Assembly: GCA_964016885.1 (NCBI GenBank)
Contig: OZ024740.1
Coordinates: 59,210,001 to 59,274,000 of the forward strand
Origin: Eledone cirrhosa
Taxonomy: Eukaryota
Reading direction: 5' to 3'
DNA length: 64,000 nt
The translations under genes were made by a program, and so were the position numbers. Positions 10,105-21,907 of the stretch are shown here, piece after piece (the first letter of the stretch is position 1; the number at the start of each line of letters is the position of its first letter). The notes below the pieces were generated by a model, which was given only the letters and a program-made list of their open reading frames with translations, made no database searches and had not been told where the DNA came from.

Positions 10105-13100
10105 TTAATTGTAATTTGCGATGTTGCTGTTCCACTCATGTTTTCTATTTAATTTTGGTTGTAATTCTTTTATGTTTATTGCCTCTGTGATTTGTCTAAA
10201 CATTGCGTCTTTTCTGTGTGTAGATTCTATTTTTATTTCTCTGTTCTCTAATTTACCCTTATGTTCTATTTTAGCATGTTGGTAGAGTACAGATGATTCT
10301 TTACTATCTTGAAGGTCTCGCCAGTGTTCATTTATCCGTTCCCCTACACTACGAGCTGTCTCACCTATGTACACTATATTTTTGTCTCTACATTGTCCTT
10401 CAGTACATCTTATGCTATATACTACATTTCTAGTTTTACAGTTAATATGGGGGCTTAATTTACAGGTTATACATTTCTTATCTATACAGGGGGGTCTTTG
10501 AAAAGGGTATGTCTTGCTAATAAGTGTTTTTACGGAGGTACCTGGTCTTTCTACTATCTTAATATTGAGTTTATGTTTATCTAGGGCCCTTCTAAATTTG
10601 TAAGCTAATTCACCTCTAGGGGTTGTATCGATGAACATTACACTCTGGTATTTATTGCTATCATACCATGAGTTTATTCTATTAGACTTATTCCTAGTTC
10701 TTTCTATTCTATTCCAAAATTTGCTCCTATACAAGGGGCAGGCCCGATTTGTGTCATTATTTACCATTTTTTCCCATTTGGTTCTGGCTCCTCTATACAC
10801 TCTGATTTTATCTCTCTGATTGTAACCAGAGAACTGCATACGGTGGATGAAGTGTTGTATGTGTCTCTCTAGTTCTTCGGGGTTGCACATGCGGGACACG
10901 TTTCTCATCACCCGTACCAAATCCGCAATCAGTATGTTGATTTTGGTATGGTCCGAAACAGCTGAGTTTCGGCGGATCAGATATTTGGAAGCCATGGGTT
11001 AGGCATAATGGAAATGGAGGATTTGTTTTTTGTTATTAATGGTATCTAACCAGAGTTCTGTGTCTAGTACAGGTAATCAATGGTTGGGGTGTTTACTTGG
11101 GTAGTCTATAGGAACTCTAATACTCTGGTGGATGGAGTTAGCTATTTGTTGGATGCTCTCCATTCTGTTTTTCTCTAGTTCCTGACTCTTCTCTAGTGGG
11201 GGTGTTTTAACTACGATGTTTATATCACCAACGTAGCGGGAGTACATTATCAGGGTTAAGGGGTCTTCTAATTGTTCTTTAAGTTTAAGTCTACTGTCCC
11301 ACCATACCATGAATAAGTTAGCTATGTCGCCTGCAATGCTAACACCAATGGCTGCTCCTTCCTCTTGGGCATATGTTTTTCCATTAAATTTGAACATATG
11401 TTCCTTAAGGGTTAATTTTATGCTGGCCCCCACCGCATGTGCAATCATTTTCTTTAGTTCATCGTGGTTTTCGGGTGTCCGTATGGCTCTGGTCCACCCG
11501 TTCCATCTATCTGTGTGGGTTTTCTTGGCCATTGAGGTAATAGTAGGTGGTCTGCCTCTTGCTGGTCTTGTAGGGCACAGGTTGCTAAGGTATTATGTGT
11601 CTAGGTAATTGTTACTATAGGTAAGTTTAAGTAGAAGTCCCAGCTCACTGGTATCAATCCCACGGAACTCAACATTGCTCTCACTGATCATTTCTACGCA
11701 TTTTTCCACAGCAAAATCCACGTCAATAGATGGATACAGGGACACAACATCCATACTACCTATTATGCAGTTTGTTAGGTCCCTAGATCGGTTACTCTCG
11801 CCGATTCTGCTGAGGAGGTCCTCCATGCTGTCACATACATCTGGGGACATTTCAATGATGGGGCATATGATCAGGGAGAGGAAGTAGGACAGTCTGTAGT
11901 TACTAGCAATGTTAGCTCCACAGACTGGCCGTGTTGGTGGTCTTGTGACAGGGTCACTGCCCGTTTTATGGTCTTTTCGAAGCCCATACAATGCCGGCAC
12001 GTCATTGTTCCAGGCCTGGAAGTTGTTGGCAGTCCTTTTGTTGGGCTGCATTATATTCGTCCACATCACCATGTGGGCATTGAGGGCTTTTTCTCTATCC
12101 TCATGCTCTTGTGGTGTTACTTCTCTTGTGTTAGTGATGTGGGGTTGTATTGCCTGGATGTAGTTTGGCAGACTGTCAACCGACATTCTGTCAGACTTGT
12201 CTGTAGGAAAGCATGCTATCTCTCCATTACGCGAGCGCTGCATGAGCTTACGCAAGCCATTTGCAGATTTTTCTCCCAGTTGCTGGGCCTCCATTCTATT
12301 ATGCTTCTTGCTATACTGTTCTATAATATTTCTAAGTTCGGATCTAGCTATACTATTTGTGCTTCTGTTTGTTCATCGACCTGCGACGGCAATTGCGTGC
12401 ATTTGTTAAATGGTAAAGTCGTGGCGTGGACTCGTCGCAGGTCGAACGACTTATCGGAGGGATTATAAAAAGTAGAGTTCCAGGCTGCTGCTTTATGTGT
12501 ACTTGTGCTATTGTTATTGTTAGTTGTGTTGTTTCTATTTCTATTTCCACCAACAGCCTCATGGTTGTTTCTATGTCTCTCATTATTACTCCTGTCTCTT
12601 TCCTCTGGCTCATTGTTATTATTTACTCTATTTTGTGTGTCTGTGTGTTCGTCTTGGTTATTTTCTTTGTCCATAGTCTCCCTTCTCCTTTCAATCCTAC
12701 TACCTTCCCTTATTTCTGTGCTACTGTCATTACCTGTTTTCTGTGTCTGTGTGTTTGTTAAGATTGTGGTGGTGGTGAGAGGCATTGAATGTGTGTGTGT
12801 TGTTGTTGTTGATGTGTGCTGTTGTTGATGTGTGTTGTTGTTGTCTCCGTGTGTGTTATTATTGTTGTGTATGTTGTTATTGTTGTTTGTGTCTGCGTGT
12901 CTGTTGTTGTTGTTTCTGAGTATGTTATTATTGTTGATGTGTGTGTTGTTGTTATTGTTGTTGGTGTCTGTGTGTCTGTTGTTGTTGGGATGTGTGTTGT
13001 ATATGTGTGTGCGTATGTTGTTACTTTTGTTTTTGTTTTTGTTTTTGAGGCTCCAACGTAATTTTGTAAATGATTTTTCTATTTCTGACAAGCAACTAAT

Positions 13101-13426
13101 TATATTTACCTTCTTGAATGTCGCATACTTAGGTGGAAGTTGTAATACAGATAATTCATCAGAGTCGACCGTATTGTTGCCGTATATATTTGTGTTGTTG
13201 TTGTTGAACTCATCTGTTAATGAGATGTCGGCCATATTTATACCGTCAATTTTGTCGGGATATCTATGGGTATTCTCTAAAGTATCTTCATTTAGTTTTA
13301 TCTGCTTAAGCCACTTTAGTTTCTTGTTAAAGTGCTTATCACATTCTTGAACAATGTACTGTTCTTCAGGACGTATAAGGCTTATAAATATTAGTTTTTC
13401 TCTTGGTGTGGTGATCCTAGTTATTC
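10105..13426 (-). pseudogene. PLE RT/GIY-YIG polyprotein broken by stops and frameshifts; Asn-rich low-complexity N-terminal insert
   Basis: Collinear ORF fragments 12348-13235, 11593-12294, 11077-11532, 10105-10995; catalytic YVDD reads YVGD. Confidence 0.85.
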
Positions 13427-14473
13427 CTCAGCTGTTTCAGACCATACCAAAATCAACATACTGATTGCAGATTTGGTACGGGTGATGAGAAATGTGTCCC
13501 GCATGTGCAACCCCGAAGAACTAGAGAGACACATACAACACTTCATCCACCGTATACAGTTCTCTGGTTACAATCAGAGAGATAAAATCAGAGTGTATAG
13601 AGGAGCCAGAACCAAATGGGAAAAAATGGTAAATAATGACACAAATCGGACCTGCACCTTGTATAGGAGCAAATTTTGGAATAGAATAGAAAGAACTAGG
13701 AATAAGGCTAATAGAATAAACTCAAGGTATGATAGCAATAAATACCAGAGTGTAATGTTCATCGATACAACCCCTAGAGGTGAATTAGCTTACAAATTTA
13801 GAAGGGCCTTAGATATACATAAACTCAATATTAAGATAGTAGAAAGACCAGGTACCTCCGTAAAAACACTTATTAGCAAGACATACCCTTTTCAAAGACC
13901 CCCTGTATAGATAAGAAATGTATAACCTGTAAATTAAGCCCCTATATTAACTGTAAAACTAGAAATGTAGTATATAGCATAAGATGTACTGAAGGACAAT
14001 GTAGAGACAAAAATATAGTGTACATAGGTGAGACAGCTCGTAGTGTAGGGGAACGGATAAATGAACACTGGCGAGACCTTCAAGATAGTAAAGAATCATC
14101 TGTACTTTACCAACATGCTAAAATAGAACATAAGGGTAAATTAGAGAACATAGAAATAAAAATAGAATCTACACACAGAAAAGACGCAATGTTTAAACAA
14201 ATCATAAAAGAATTACAACCAAAATTAAATAGAAAACATGAGTGGAACAGCAACATCACAACTTACAATTAAGGACAAAATGAAAACACACACGCACATA
14301 GAACAAACAACCAACCTGTAACATGTAAATAAACAAATAAATAAACAAATATAAACACACACAGACACCCGGATGTGGCACATGCGCAGACTGAGCACAC
14401 AACACACACACAGAAACAAAATGGCGTAGAACAGAACAAAGGAGAGGCACAAAAACAAAGAAAAGAATCCACA

Positions 14474-14516
14474 GTCACTGAAGAGGTCACAGAATGTGTG
14501 ACGAAAGAACTTTGAC
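14474..14516 (+). ncRNA. Minimal type I hammerhead ribozyme (copy in the inverted arm)
   Basis: Same sequence as 9862-9904, on the plus strand. Confidence 0.72.
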
Positions 14517-14921
14517 AATATATAAACAACCATCCGGTTGTGGGACCAACCAACCAACCGGAAATTTATAAATTCCTCAATTTATAAATTTATTATAATA
14601 AATTGAAGTGAAAGCAACTGGTGCGTGTGTTTCTTATTGGCAACATGACCCTCCCAAAGTATAACAATATCGGTTTCAACACACGTTTTCAGATAAAGAA
14701 TCTTGCTAAACAAATTCAGAAACGAAATATATATATATATATATATATATGATATATCTATATGATATATAATATATATATATATGATATATAATATATA
14801 TATATATGATATATAATATATATTTGATATATAATATATATATATGATATATAATATATATATATATGATATATAATATATATATATGATATATAATATA
14901 TATATATATATATGATATATA

Positions 14922-14964
<43 letters not shown>

Positions 14965-15425
14965 ATATAATATATATATATATATATGATATAATATATA
15001 TATATATATATGATATATAATATATATATATGATATATAATATATATATATGATATATATATATAATATATAATATATATATAATATATAATATATATAA
15101 TATATAATACAATATATAATATATATAATATATAATATATATATATATATATAATATATATATGATATATAATATATATATAAGATATATAATATATATA
15201 TATGATATATAATATATATATGTGATATATAATATATATATATGATATATAATATATATATGTGATATATAATATATATATCTGATATATAATATATATA
15301 TATGATATATAATATATATATGTGATATATAATATATATATGTGATATATAATATATATATCTGATATATAAGAGATATATATATGATATATAATATATA
15401 TATATGATATATAATATATATATAT

Positions 15426-16024
15426 CATCATCATCATCATCATCACCGTTTTACGTCCGTTCTTCCACGCTAGCATGGGTTAGACGGGTTGTCCTGTTGT
15501 GGGCAGTGTCTGGTCGGCTGACCATGCCTTGCTCATACAGGAACTGATCTGGCTTGATTTCTACAGCTGGATGCCCTTCCTAACACCAACCTCATTTACA
15601 GTGAGTGCTGGGTGCTTTTTCGTGGCACCTACACGTCCACTTTACAGTGTGGGCTGGGTGCTTTTTTGCCGTGGCACCTCCACGGCCACCTTGCGGTGGG
15701 GGGGGGGGGGCATATTATTTATATGCTTCAGCATGTACCCATGGGAGGTCGGGTACCCTGTACTACTGCGTGACGCCAGAAGTCACGGTCGTGTGTCATT
15801 GACTTTGAGAGGTGTAGTTTGGTAGGGTCGGCTTTTATCACCTCATCCCAAGTCATCTTGGGTCTCCCCACTCCGCGGTTTCCATCAACTTCTAGTGCTC
15901 TGCACCTTTTTATGCAGCTGTCATCCTTCATACGCATCACATGTCCATACCAGCGTAACCGCCTCTCCTGCACGCAGCATTTGATTCCTCTTATGCTCAG
16001 TCTCTCTCTCAATTCCTTTATGCT
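15426..16024 (-). mobile_element. RTE family B, 5'-truncated copy
   Basis: ORF end 15728-16012, B 3'UTR, (CAT)n on the plus strand. Confidence 0.92.
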
Positions 16025-16465
16025 ATATTATATATATGATATATAATATATATATGATATATAATATATATATATGATATATAATATCTATATATATGAT
16101 ATATCTATATGATATATAATATATATTTATATGATATATAATATATATATATATCATCATCATCATCATCATCATCACCGTTTTACGTCCGTTCTTCCAC
16201 GCTAGCATGGGTTAGACGGGTTGTCCTGTTGTGGGCAGTGTCTGGTCGGCTGACCATGCCTTGCTCATACAGGAACTGATCTGGCTTGATTTCTACAGCT
16301 GGATGCCCTTCCTAACACCAACCTCATTTACAGTGAGTGCTGGGTGCTTTTTCGTGGCGCCTACACGTCCACTTTACAGTGTGGGCTGGGTGCTTTTTTG
16401 CCGTGGCACCTCCACGACCACCTTGCGGTGGGTGGGGGGGGGGGGGGGCATATTGTTTATATGCT

Positions 16466-19400
16466 TCAGCATGTACCCATGGGAGGTCGGGTACCCTGTA
16501 TTACTGCGTGACGCCAGAAGTCACGGTCGTGTGTCATTGACTTTGAGAGGTGTAGTTGGGTAAGGTCGGCTTTTATCACCTCATCCCAAGTCATCTTGGG
16601 TCTCCCCACTCCGCGGTTTCCATCAACTTCTAGTGCTCTGCACCTTTTTATGCAGCTGTCATCCTTCATACGCATCACATGTCCATACCAGCGTAACCGC
16701 CTCTCCTGCACGCAGCATTTGATTCCTCTTATGCTCAGTCTCTCTCTCAATTCATTTATGCTTTGTCGTTCACGTATATTACTGTTACACATCCATCGGA
16801 GCATGCAGGCTTCGTTTCTCTCTAATCTACGTAAGTCTTCCACCTTCAGCGCCCAGGTCTCACTACCATGCAACATCGCTGTTCGGATACACGCATCATA
16901 CAGTCTGCCTTTCATTCTGAGGGAGAAGCCTTTTGCAGCTAGCAGTGGTAGTAGTTCCCTAAACTTCTTCCATCCCGTTCTTACCCTAGTTATTGTACTT
17001 TCTGAGCACCCACCTCCGTTGCTAATTCGGTCACCTAGGTAGCAGAAGCTGTCTACTGTTTCTACAGGGCCCTCCCAGAGATTGGTGGTACTTGTTTCCT
17101 GTGGCTGTTTGCTTGCTGTTTCAGCACAGCTGCTGCATGTGAATCCTACATTCTTAATTAAGCTTCCTGAGATCCCGCTACATCTCTTGTGTACCCATTG
17201 TTTGCATTTGGGGCAAAGAATGGAGTTCCTACCTACACCTTTCCTACATACTGAGCAAGGCCATTTCCCTGAGGGGATCTGGGTTCTGTTTTCTCGTCTA
17301 CTTATAAGGACCTTAGTCTTTGTCATGTTGACTTTGAGGCCCTTTCTCTCTAGTCCCTGCTTCCAGGTTTGGAATTTATTCTCTAGTTCTACCATAGATT
17401 CAGCTATGAGTGCGAGGTCATCAGCATACAGGAGTTCCCATGGGCATCCGGTCTTAAACTCCTCCGTTATTGCCTGCAGGACTATGATGAACAGGAGAGG
17501 GCTAAGAACAGAGCCCTGGTGGACCCCAACCTGTACGCTAAATTCCTCGCTATACTCATTGCCAATCCTAACTTTGCTGACTGCTCCCCTATACATGGCT
17601 TGTACCGCTTTCACAAGCCATTCATCTACTCCTAGTTTTCTAAGAGCCCACCAGATTACTGCACGTGGAACTCTGTCAAAGGCTTTCTCAAGGTCGACAA
17701 ATGCCAAGTAGAGTGGCTTACTTTTAGCTAGGTACTTTTCCTGTAATTGCCTCACAAGGAAGAGCGCATCAGTGGTGCCTTTCCCTGGAACAAACCCAAA
17801 TTGCATCTCGTCTATATTCACCCGGTCCCTAATCAGCTGTGCTATAACTCTTTCTGTTACTTTCATGACCTGGTCCATCAACTTTATACCTCTATAGTTT
17901 CCTCTATCTAGTGCATCGCCTTTACCTTTGTAGCAGTTGACAATGATGCTACTGCACCAATCTTTTGGTATGGCCCCCTCTAGTATTACCTGGTTAACGA
18001 TACGTGTGGTTATAGTGTGACCTACAGACCCAGATGCCTTCAGCATCTCGGCAGCTATACCCGATGGACCGGTTGCCTTCCCTATCTTCATATCTCTGAT
18101 TGCCTTACTTACTACGCTGCCGCTGACTTGTACTGCTGGTCCCTCTATAGGGTCTACGTGGGGTAGGGTCTCTTCTTCCCATGCATTCTCCTCATTTAGT
18201 AATCTATCATAATGACTCTTCCATGCATCTTTCTTCTCAGCACTTGTGAGGGCAAGCTCACCTTTATCATTCCGGATACACTTCTCTCCAATGACATCAC
18301 AACTATCTCTGACACACTGCCTCGCAATCTTGAATACCTCCTGTTTCTGGTCCTCACGTTGTAAAACATGCTTGAATTTTCTATCCTCTGCTTCCCTCCT
18401 AGCTAAGTATACTTGTCGCCTAGCTTCCCTCTTGGTCTCTATGTAATGTACCCTGCTCCCCCCGTTCTTCCATTCTTTCCATGCCTGTCTCTTGGCCTTG
18501 ACTGCTTCATCTACTTTATTGTTCCACCACCAAGTCACTCTCCTCCTGCTTGAGGTCTTACTCCAGCCACAAACCTCATCCGTCGCCTCTAGTAAGTTAT
18601 TTTTTAGGAACTCCCAGTTCTCTTCTACGTTAAATGTCTCTATCTGTTCTTCTTTACTGTCGTAGGCGTTGAGTAAAATATCTTTAAATCTGTTACTGGT
18701 TGAGGGGACTTTCAGCTTCCAGATCTTTCTTCTCCAGGTTGGCCTCTGTTTCAGGGCTCGTCTAGTTCTGACCGTGAGGTCGCTGACAACTAAGCTATGT
18801 TGGGATGTACATTCCTCACTAGGGAAGGCTTTTGTGTTTACGACCGTCCATCTGTCACGTCCTCTGATGAGAATAAAATCTAACTGACTAGAGTGCTCCC
18901 CTGATCTATAGGTGATCAGGTGGTTGTCGGGTTTTTTAAAGTTTGTGTTACATATCGACATGTCATTGGCGTCGCAGAATTCTAGAAGTCTGAATCCTTC
19001 CTCATTCCTTGTGCCAACTCCATGGCCTCCATGTACTCTATTGAAGCCGTCGCAGTGTTTACCTACGTGTCCGTTAAAATCTCCTGCAATGATTAGGAAG
19101 TCCTTGTCGTCTGTTAGAGCAGTAGTGTGTATTAGGGACTCGTAAAACCTATCCTTAAGTTCGTCTGGCAGCCCCGATTGGGGTGCGTAAGCTGATATTA
19201 TTGTGGTAATTGTCTTATTCAGGACTAGTCTGAGTTTAATGATTCTTGCATTTACCCTGTACACTGAGATTACTTTATCTACCCACTTGTCAGCTAATAG
19301 TATACCTACACCACCCATCCCATCGTCGTTTCCCACCCAGAAAAATTTGTAGCACTGGCTTTTTCCTACAAGGACTCTAGCAGACCCTCCTCTCCATCTA

Positions 19401-19585
19401 GTCTCTTGCACACAGCATACATCAACTTCCTTTCGCTCTAGCATTTCTACGATTTCTCCTGCTCTTCCTTTCATTGAGCCTACATTGATGGTACCAACTC
19501 GGAGTTTTGGGCATTTGTCGACACTCGTAGGGGAGGGTCTCTGGGTTGGCGCTTCACGTGGGTGCTTGGTAGCTCGCAGATTCAT
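16466..19585 (-). CDS. RTE polyprotein: APE endonuclease + reverse transcriptase + PHD-type finger, 1039 aa, uninterrupted
   Basis: APE motifs GTINVGS, CVQETRW, SAYAPQ, GDFNGH, LDFIL, SQH; RT motifs QFGF, DLEKAFDRV, QGSVLSP, YADD; C4HC3 finger at 17126-17257. Confidence 0.96.
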   Translation of the reverse strand: MNLRATKHPREAPTQRPSPTSVDKCPKLRVGTINVGSMKGRAGEIVEMLERKEVDVCCVQETRWRGGSARVLVGKSQCYKFFWVGNDDGMGGVGILLADKWVDKVISVYRVNARIIKLRLVLNKTITTIISAYAPQSGLPDELKDRFYESLIHTTALTDDKDFLIIAGDFNGHVGKHCDGFNRVHGGHGVGTRNEEGFRLLEFCDANDMSICNTNFKKPDNHLITYRSGEHSSQLDFILIRGRDRWTVVNTKAFPSEECTSQHSLVVSDLTVRTRRALKQRPTWRRKIWKLKVPSTSNRFKDILLNAYDSKEEQIETFNVEENWEFLKNNLLEATDEVCGWSKTSSRRRVTWWWNNKVDEAVKAKRQAWKEWKNGGSRVHYIETKREARRQVYLARREAEDRKFKHVLQREDQKQEVFKIARQCVRDSCDVIGEKCIRNDKGELALTSAEKKDAWKSHYDRLLNEENAWEEETLPHVDPIEGPAVQVSGSVVSKAIRDMKIGKATGPSGIAAEMLKASGSVGHTITTRIVNQVILEGAIPKDWCSSIIVNCYKGKGDALDRGNYRGIKLMDQVMKVTERVIAQLIRDRVNIDEMQFGFVPGKGTTDALFLVRQLQEKYLAKSKPLYLAFVDLEKAFDRVPRAVIWWALRKLGVDEWLVKAVQAMYRGAVSKVRIGNEYSEEFSVQVGVHQGSVLSPLLFIIVLQAITEEFKTGCPWELLYADDLALIAESMVELENKFQTWKQGLERKGLKVNMTKTKVLISRRENRTQIPSGKWPCSVCRKGVGRNSILCPKCKQWVHKRCSGISGSLIKNVGFTCSSCAETASKQPQETSTTNLWEGPVETVDSFCYLGDRISNGGGCSESTITRVRTGWKKFRELLPLLAAKGFSLRMKGRLYDACIRTAMLHGSETWALKVEDLRRLERNEACMLRWMCNSNIRERQSINELRERLSIRGIKCCVQERRLRWYGHVMRMKDDSCIKRCRALEVDGNRGVGRPKMTWDEVIKADLTQLHLSKSMTHDRDFWRHAVIQGTRPPMGTC

Positions 19586-19828
19586 ATTTCATCTATTGAT
19601 TCAGAGTTGCTCGTGTATTCCCAGCTCATCCATCCATAACGGTGGGAAAATTGAGGGCTAGAAGGACAGTGGTGGTGGGGTAATGGCAGGGTGTGTTGGG
19701 ATGCGCCAGAGGAGGAGAGAGTTAGTTAGGCAGGTAGTAGCAGCAGCAGCAGTGGAAATGGCATGCTAGGTTTGATTGGTCGAATAGACTATGGTGGTGT
19801 GTGGGGGTGGGGGGGAGGGAAATTGTGA

Positions 19829-21625
19829 GGTAGGAACTGAGGGTCGCATGGTAAATATCCAAGTTAATACTACATCAGTAAAATTAACAATAATAACGTC
19901 ATGAAAAAAGCTACTAAGAGAAACCCTCGAAAATTTATCGTTAGTACAGCAGGGAAAATTTAACGCTAATACAGCAGGGAACATCATAATATTAACGACA
20001 TGAAAAAGCTACTAAGAGAATCCCTCGAAAATTTATCGCTAATACAGCAGGGAAAATTTAACGCTAATACAGCAGGGAACATCATAATATTAACGACATG
20101 AAAAAGCTACTAAGAGAATCCCTCGAAAATTTATCGCTAATACAGCAGGGAAAATTTAACGCTAATACAGCAGGGAACATCATAATATTAACGACATGAA
20201 AAAGCTACTAAGAGAAACCCTCGAAAATTTATCGCTAATACAGCAGGGAAAATTTAACGCTAATACAGCAGGGAACATCATAATATTAACGACAATATGT
20301 AGGCTAAAATACCTTCGTAGATTAGGTGGATGGCTGGCTGGGAAAATTTGAATCAGCTCTACTGGTACATTTTAGCAGAGAAGAATGGCAAAGTGTCTTA
20401 TCTCTTCAATATTTTCAGATTGAATGAATTAGGTTAAAGACAGGGTAGTAAGCCTTAAAGAAGTGCATAGAGGGGGGGGGGGGGGGTAGGAACTGAGGGT
20501 CGCATGGTAAATAACTGAAAGAGATACAATAGGATTAGAATACCGCATGGTAAATATCCAAGTTAATAAGTTAATACTACATCAGTAAAATTAACAATAA
20601 TAACGTCATGAAAAAAGCTACTAAGAGAAACCCTCGAAAATTTATCGTTAATACAGCAGGGAAAATTTAACGCTAATACAGCAGGGAACATCATAATATT
20701 AACGACATGAAAAAGCTACTAAGAGAATCCCTCGAAAATTTATCGCTAATACAGCAGGGAAAATTTAACGCTAATACAGCAGGGAACATCATAATATTAA
20801 CGACATGAAAAAGCTACTAAGAGAATCCCTCGAAAATTTATCGCTAATACAGCAGGGAAAATTTAACGCTAATACAGCAGGGAACATCATAATATTAACG
20901 ACATGAAAAAGCTACTAAGAGAAACCCTCGAAAATTTATCGCTAATACAGCAGGGAAAATTTAACGCTAATACAGCAGGGAACATCATAATATTAACGAC
21001 AATATGTAGGCTAAAATACCTTCGTAGATTAGGTGGATGGCTGGCTGGGAAAATTTGAATCAGCTCTACTGGTACATTTTAGCAGAGAAGAATGGCAAAG
21101 TGTCTTATCTCTTCAATATTTTCAGATTGAATGAATTAGGTTAAAGACAGGGTAGTAAGCCTTAAAGAAGTGCATAGAGGGGGGGGGGGTAGGAACTGAG
21201 GGTCGCATGGTAAATAACTGAAAGAGATACAATAGGATTAGAATACCGCATGGTAAATATCCAAGTTAATAAGTTAATACTACATCAGTAAAATTAACAA
21301 TAATAACGTCATGAAAAAAGCTACTAAGAGAAACCCTCGAAAATTTATCGTTAATACAGCAGGGAAAATTTAACGCTAATACAGCAGGGAACATCATAAT
21401 ATTAACGACATGAAAAAGCTACTAAGAGAATCCCTCGAAAATTTATCGCTAATACAGCAGGGAAAATTTAACGCTAATACAGCAGGGAACATCATAATAT
21501 TAACGACATGAAAAAGCTACTAAGAGAATCCCTCGAAAATTTATCGCTAATACAGCAGGGAAAATTTAACGCTAATACAGCAGGGAACATCATAATATTA
21601 ACGACATGAAAAAGCTACTAAGAGA
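19829..21625. repeat. Hierarchical tandem repeat: 98-bp units grouped in ~700-bp higher-order blocks
   Basis: CCCTCGAAAATTTATCG recurs every 98 bp (20021, 20119, 20217); AACTGAGGGTCGCATGG recurs at 19835, 20491 and 21194. Confidence 0.93.
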
Positions 21626-21685
21626 TATATATATATAAGAGATATATATATATATGATATATAATATATATATATATGATATATA

Positions 21686-21901
21686 CATGTTCGTATCAAG
21701 GAACATGTCAACACCAATGCATCTTCCTTCCGTAAACACATCCTTAAATGCGGAAACCCACAAGGCAGACCCTTGGTCACAGTCCTAGCGACTGAACGCA
21801 GCATCGGATCCTTAAGGATAAAGGAAGCACTTGTTATTAAGAACCTCAGACCCCCACTTAACAACCGGGCTGAGAGAAATGAACTGACATGGCTAATCTA
21901 A
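21686..21901 (+). pseudogene. C-terminal GIY-YIG fragment of a second Penelope-like family
   Basis: Hand translation: HVRIKEHVNTNASSFRKHILKC...LRIKEALVIKNLRPPLNNR...*, matching the R-x2-EH / E-A-x2-I-x4-P-x-LN pattern of the PLE at 10105-10995. Confidence 0.72.
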
Positions 21902-21907
21902 CCATAG

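Larger units (their letters stand above)
9708..14727 (-). mobile_element. Penelope-like element (Neptune-like), decayed, with inverted 3' arm at 13427-14670 and a 57-bp terminal extension
   Basis: RT motifs MDVVSLYPSI, QEEGAAIGVSIAGDIANLFM, RYVGD; Cys-rich linker then GIY-YIG NVVYSIRC...YIGETARSVGERINEH; 9708-10966 is the reverse complement of 13427-14670. Confidence 0.9.
16155..21625 (-). mobile_element. Apparently full-length RTE family B element
   Basis: About 2 kb repeat-built 5' region, intact ORF, about 290 bp 3'UTR, (GAT)n tail, (TA)n on both sides. Confidence 0.88.

Noticed and set aside
11000-11080. In-frame TGA in the PLE as possible selenocysteine (as in Naiad PLEs)
   Set aside because: It falls at a K/R-type position (NH*LPVLD), not a Cys position. 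A TAA follows about 26 codons later and the RT has YVGD and frameshifts, so this is ordinary decay
12426-13350. Leu/Val/Cys-rich plus-strand ORFs and other antisense ORFs over the LINEs
   Set aside because: Shadow frames of the (AAC)n-rich PLE region and of RT genes
14665-14700. Antisense hammerhead in the PLE tail (CTGAAAA...GAAAC)
   Set aside because: Core lacks G8, there is no valid stem III or cleavage triplet, and it is not conserved in the 48.3-kb copy
19586-19830. HDV-like ribozyme expected at RTE 5' ends
   Set aside because: Could not build the nested double pseudoknot by eye; needs a motif search
20505-20560. Minus-strand GT...CTAAT...TCTCTTTCAG as an intron missing from the innermost repeat block
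   Set aside because: Only 29 nt long; the missing segment is bounded by CGCATGGTAAATA direct repeats, so it is a microhomology indel
19829-21625. CRISPR-like array
   Set aside because: Units are contiguous and near-identical with no unique spacers; eukaryotic context, no cas genes
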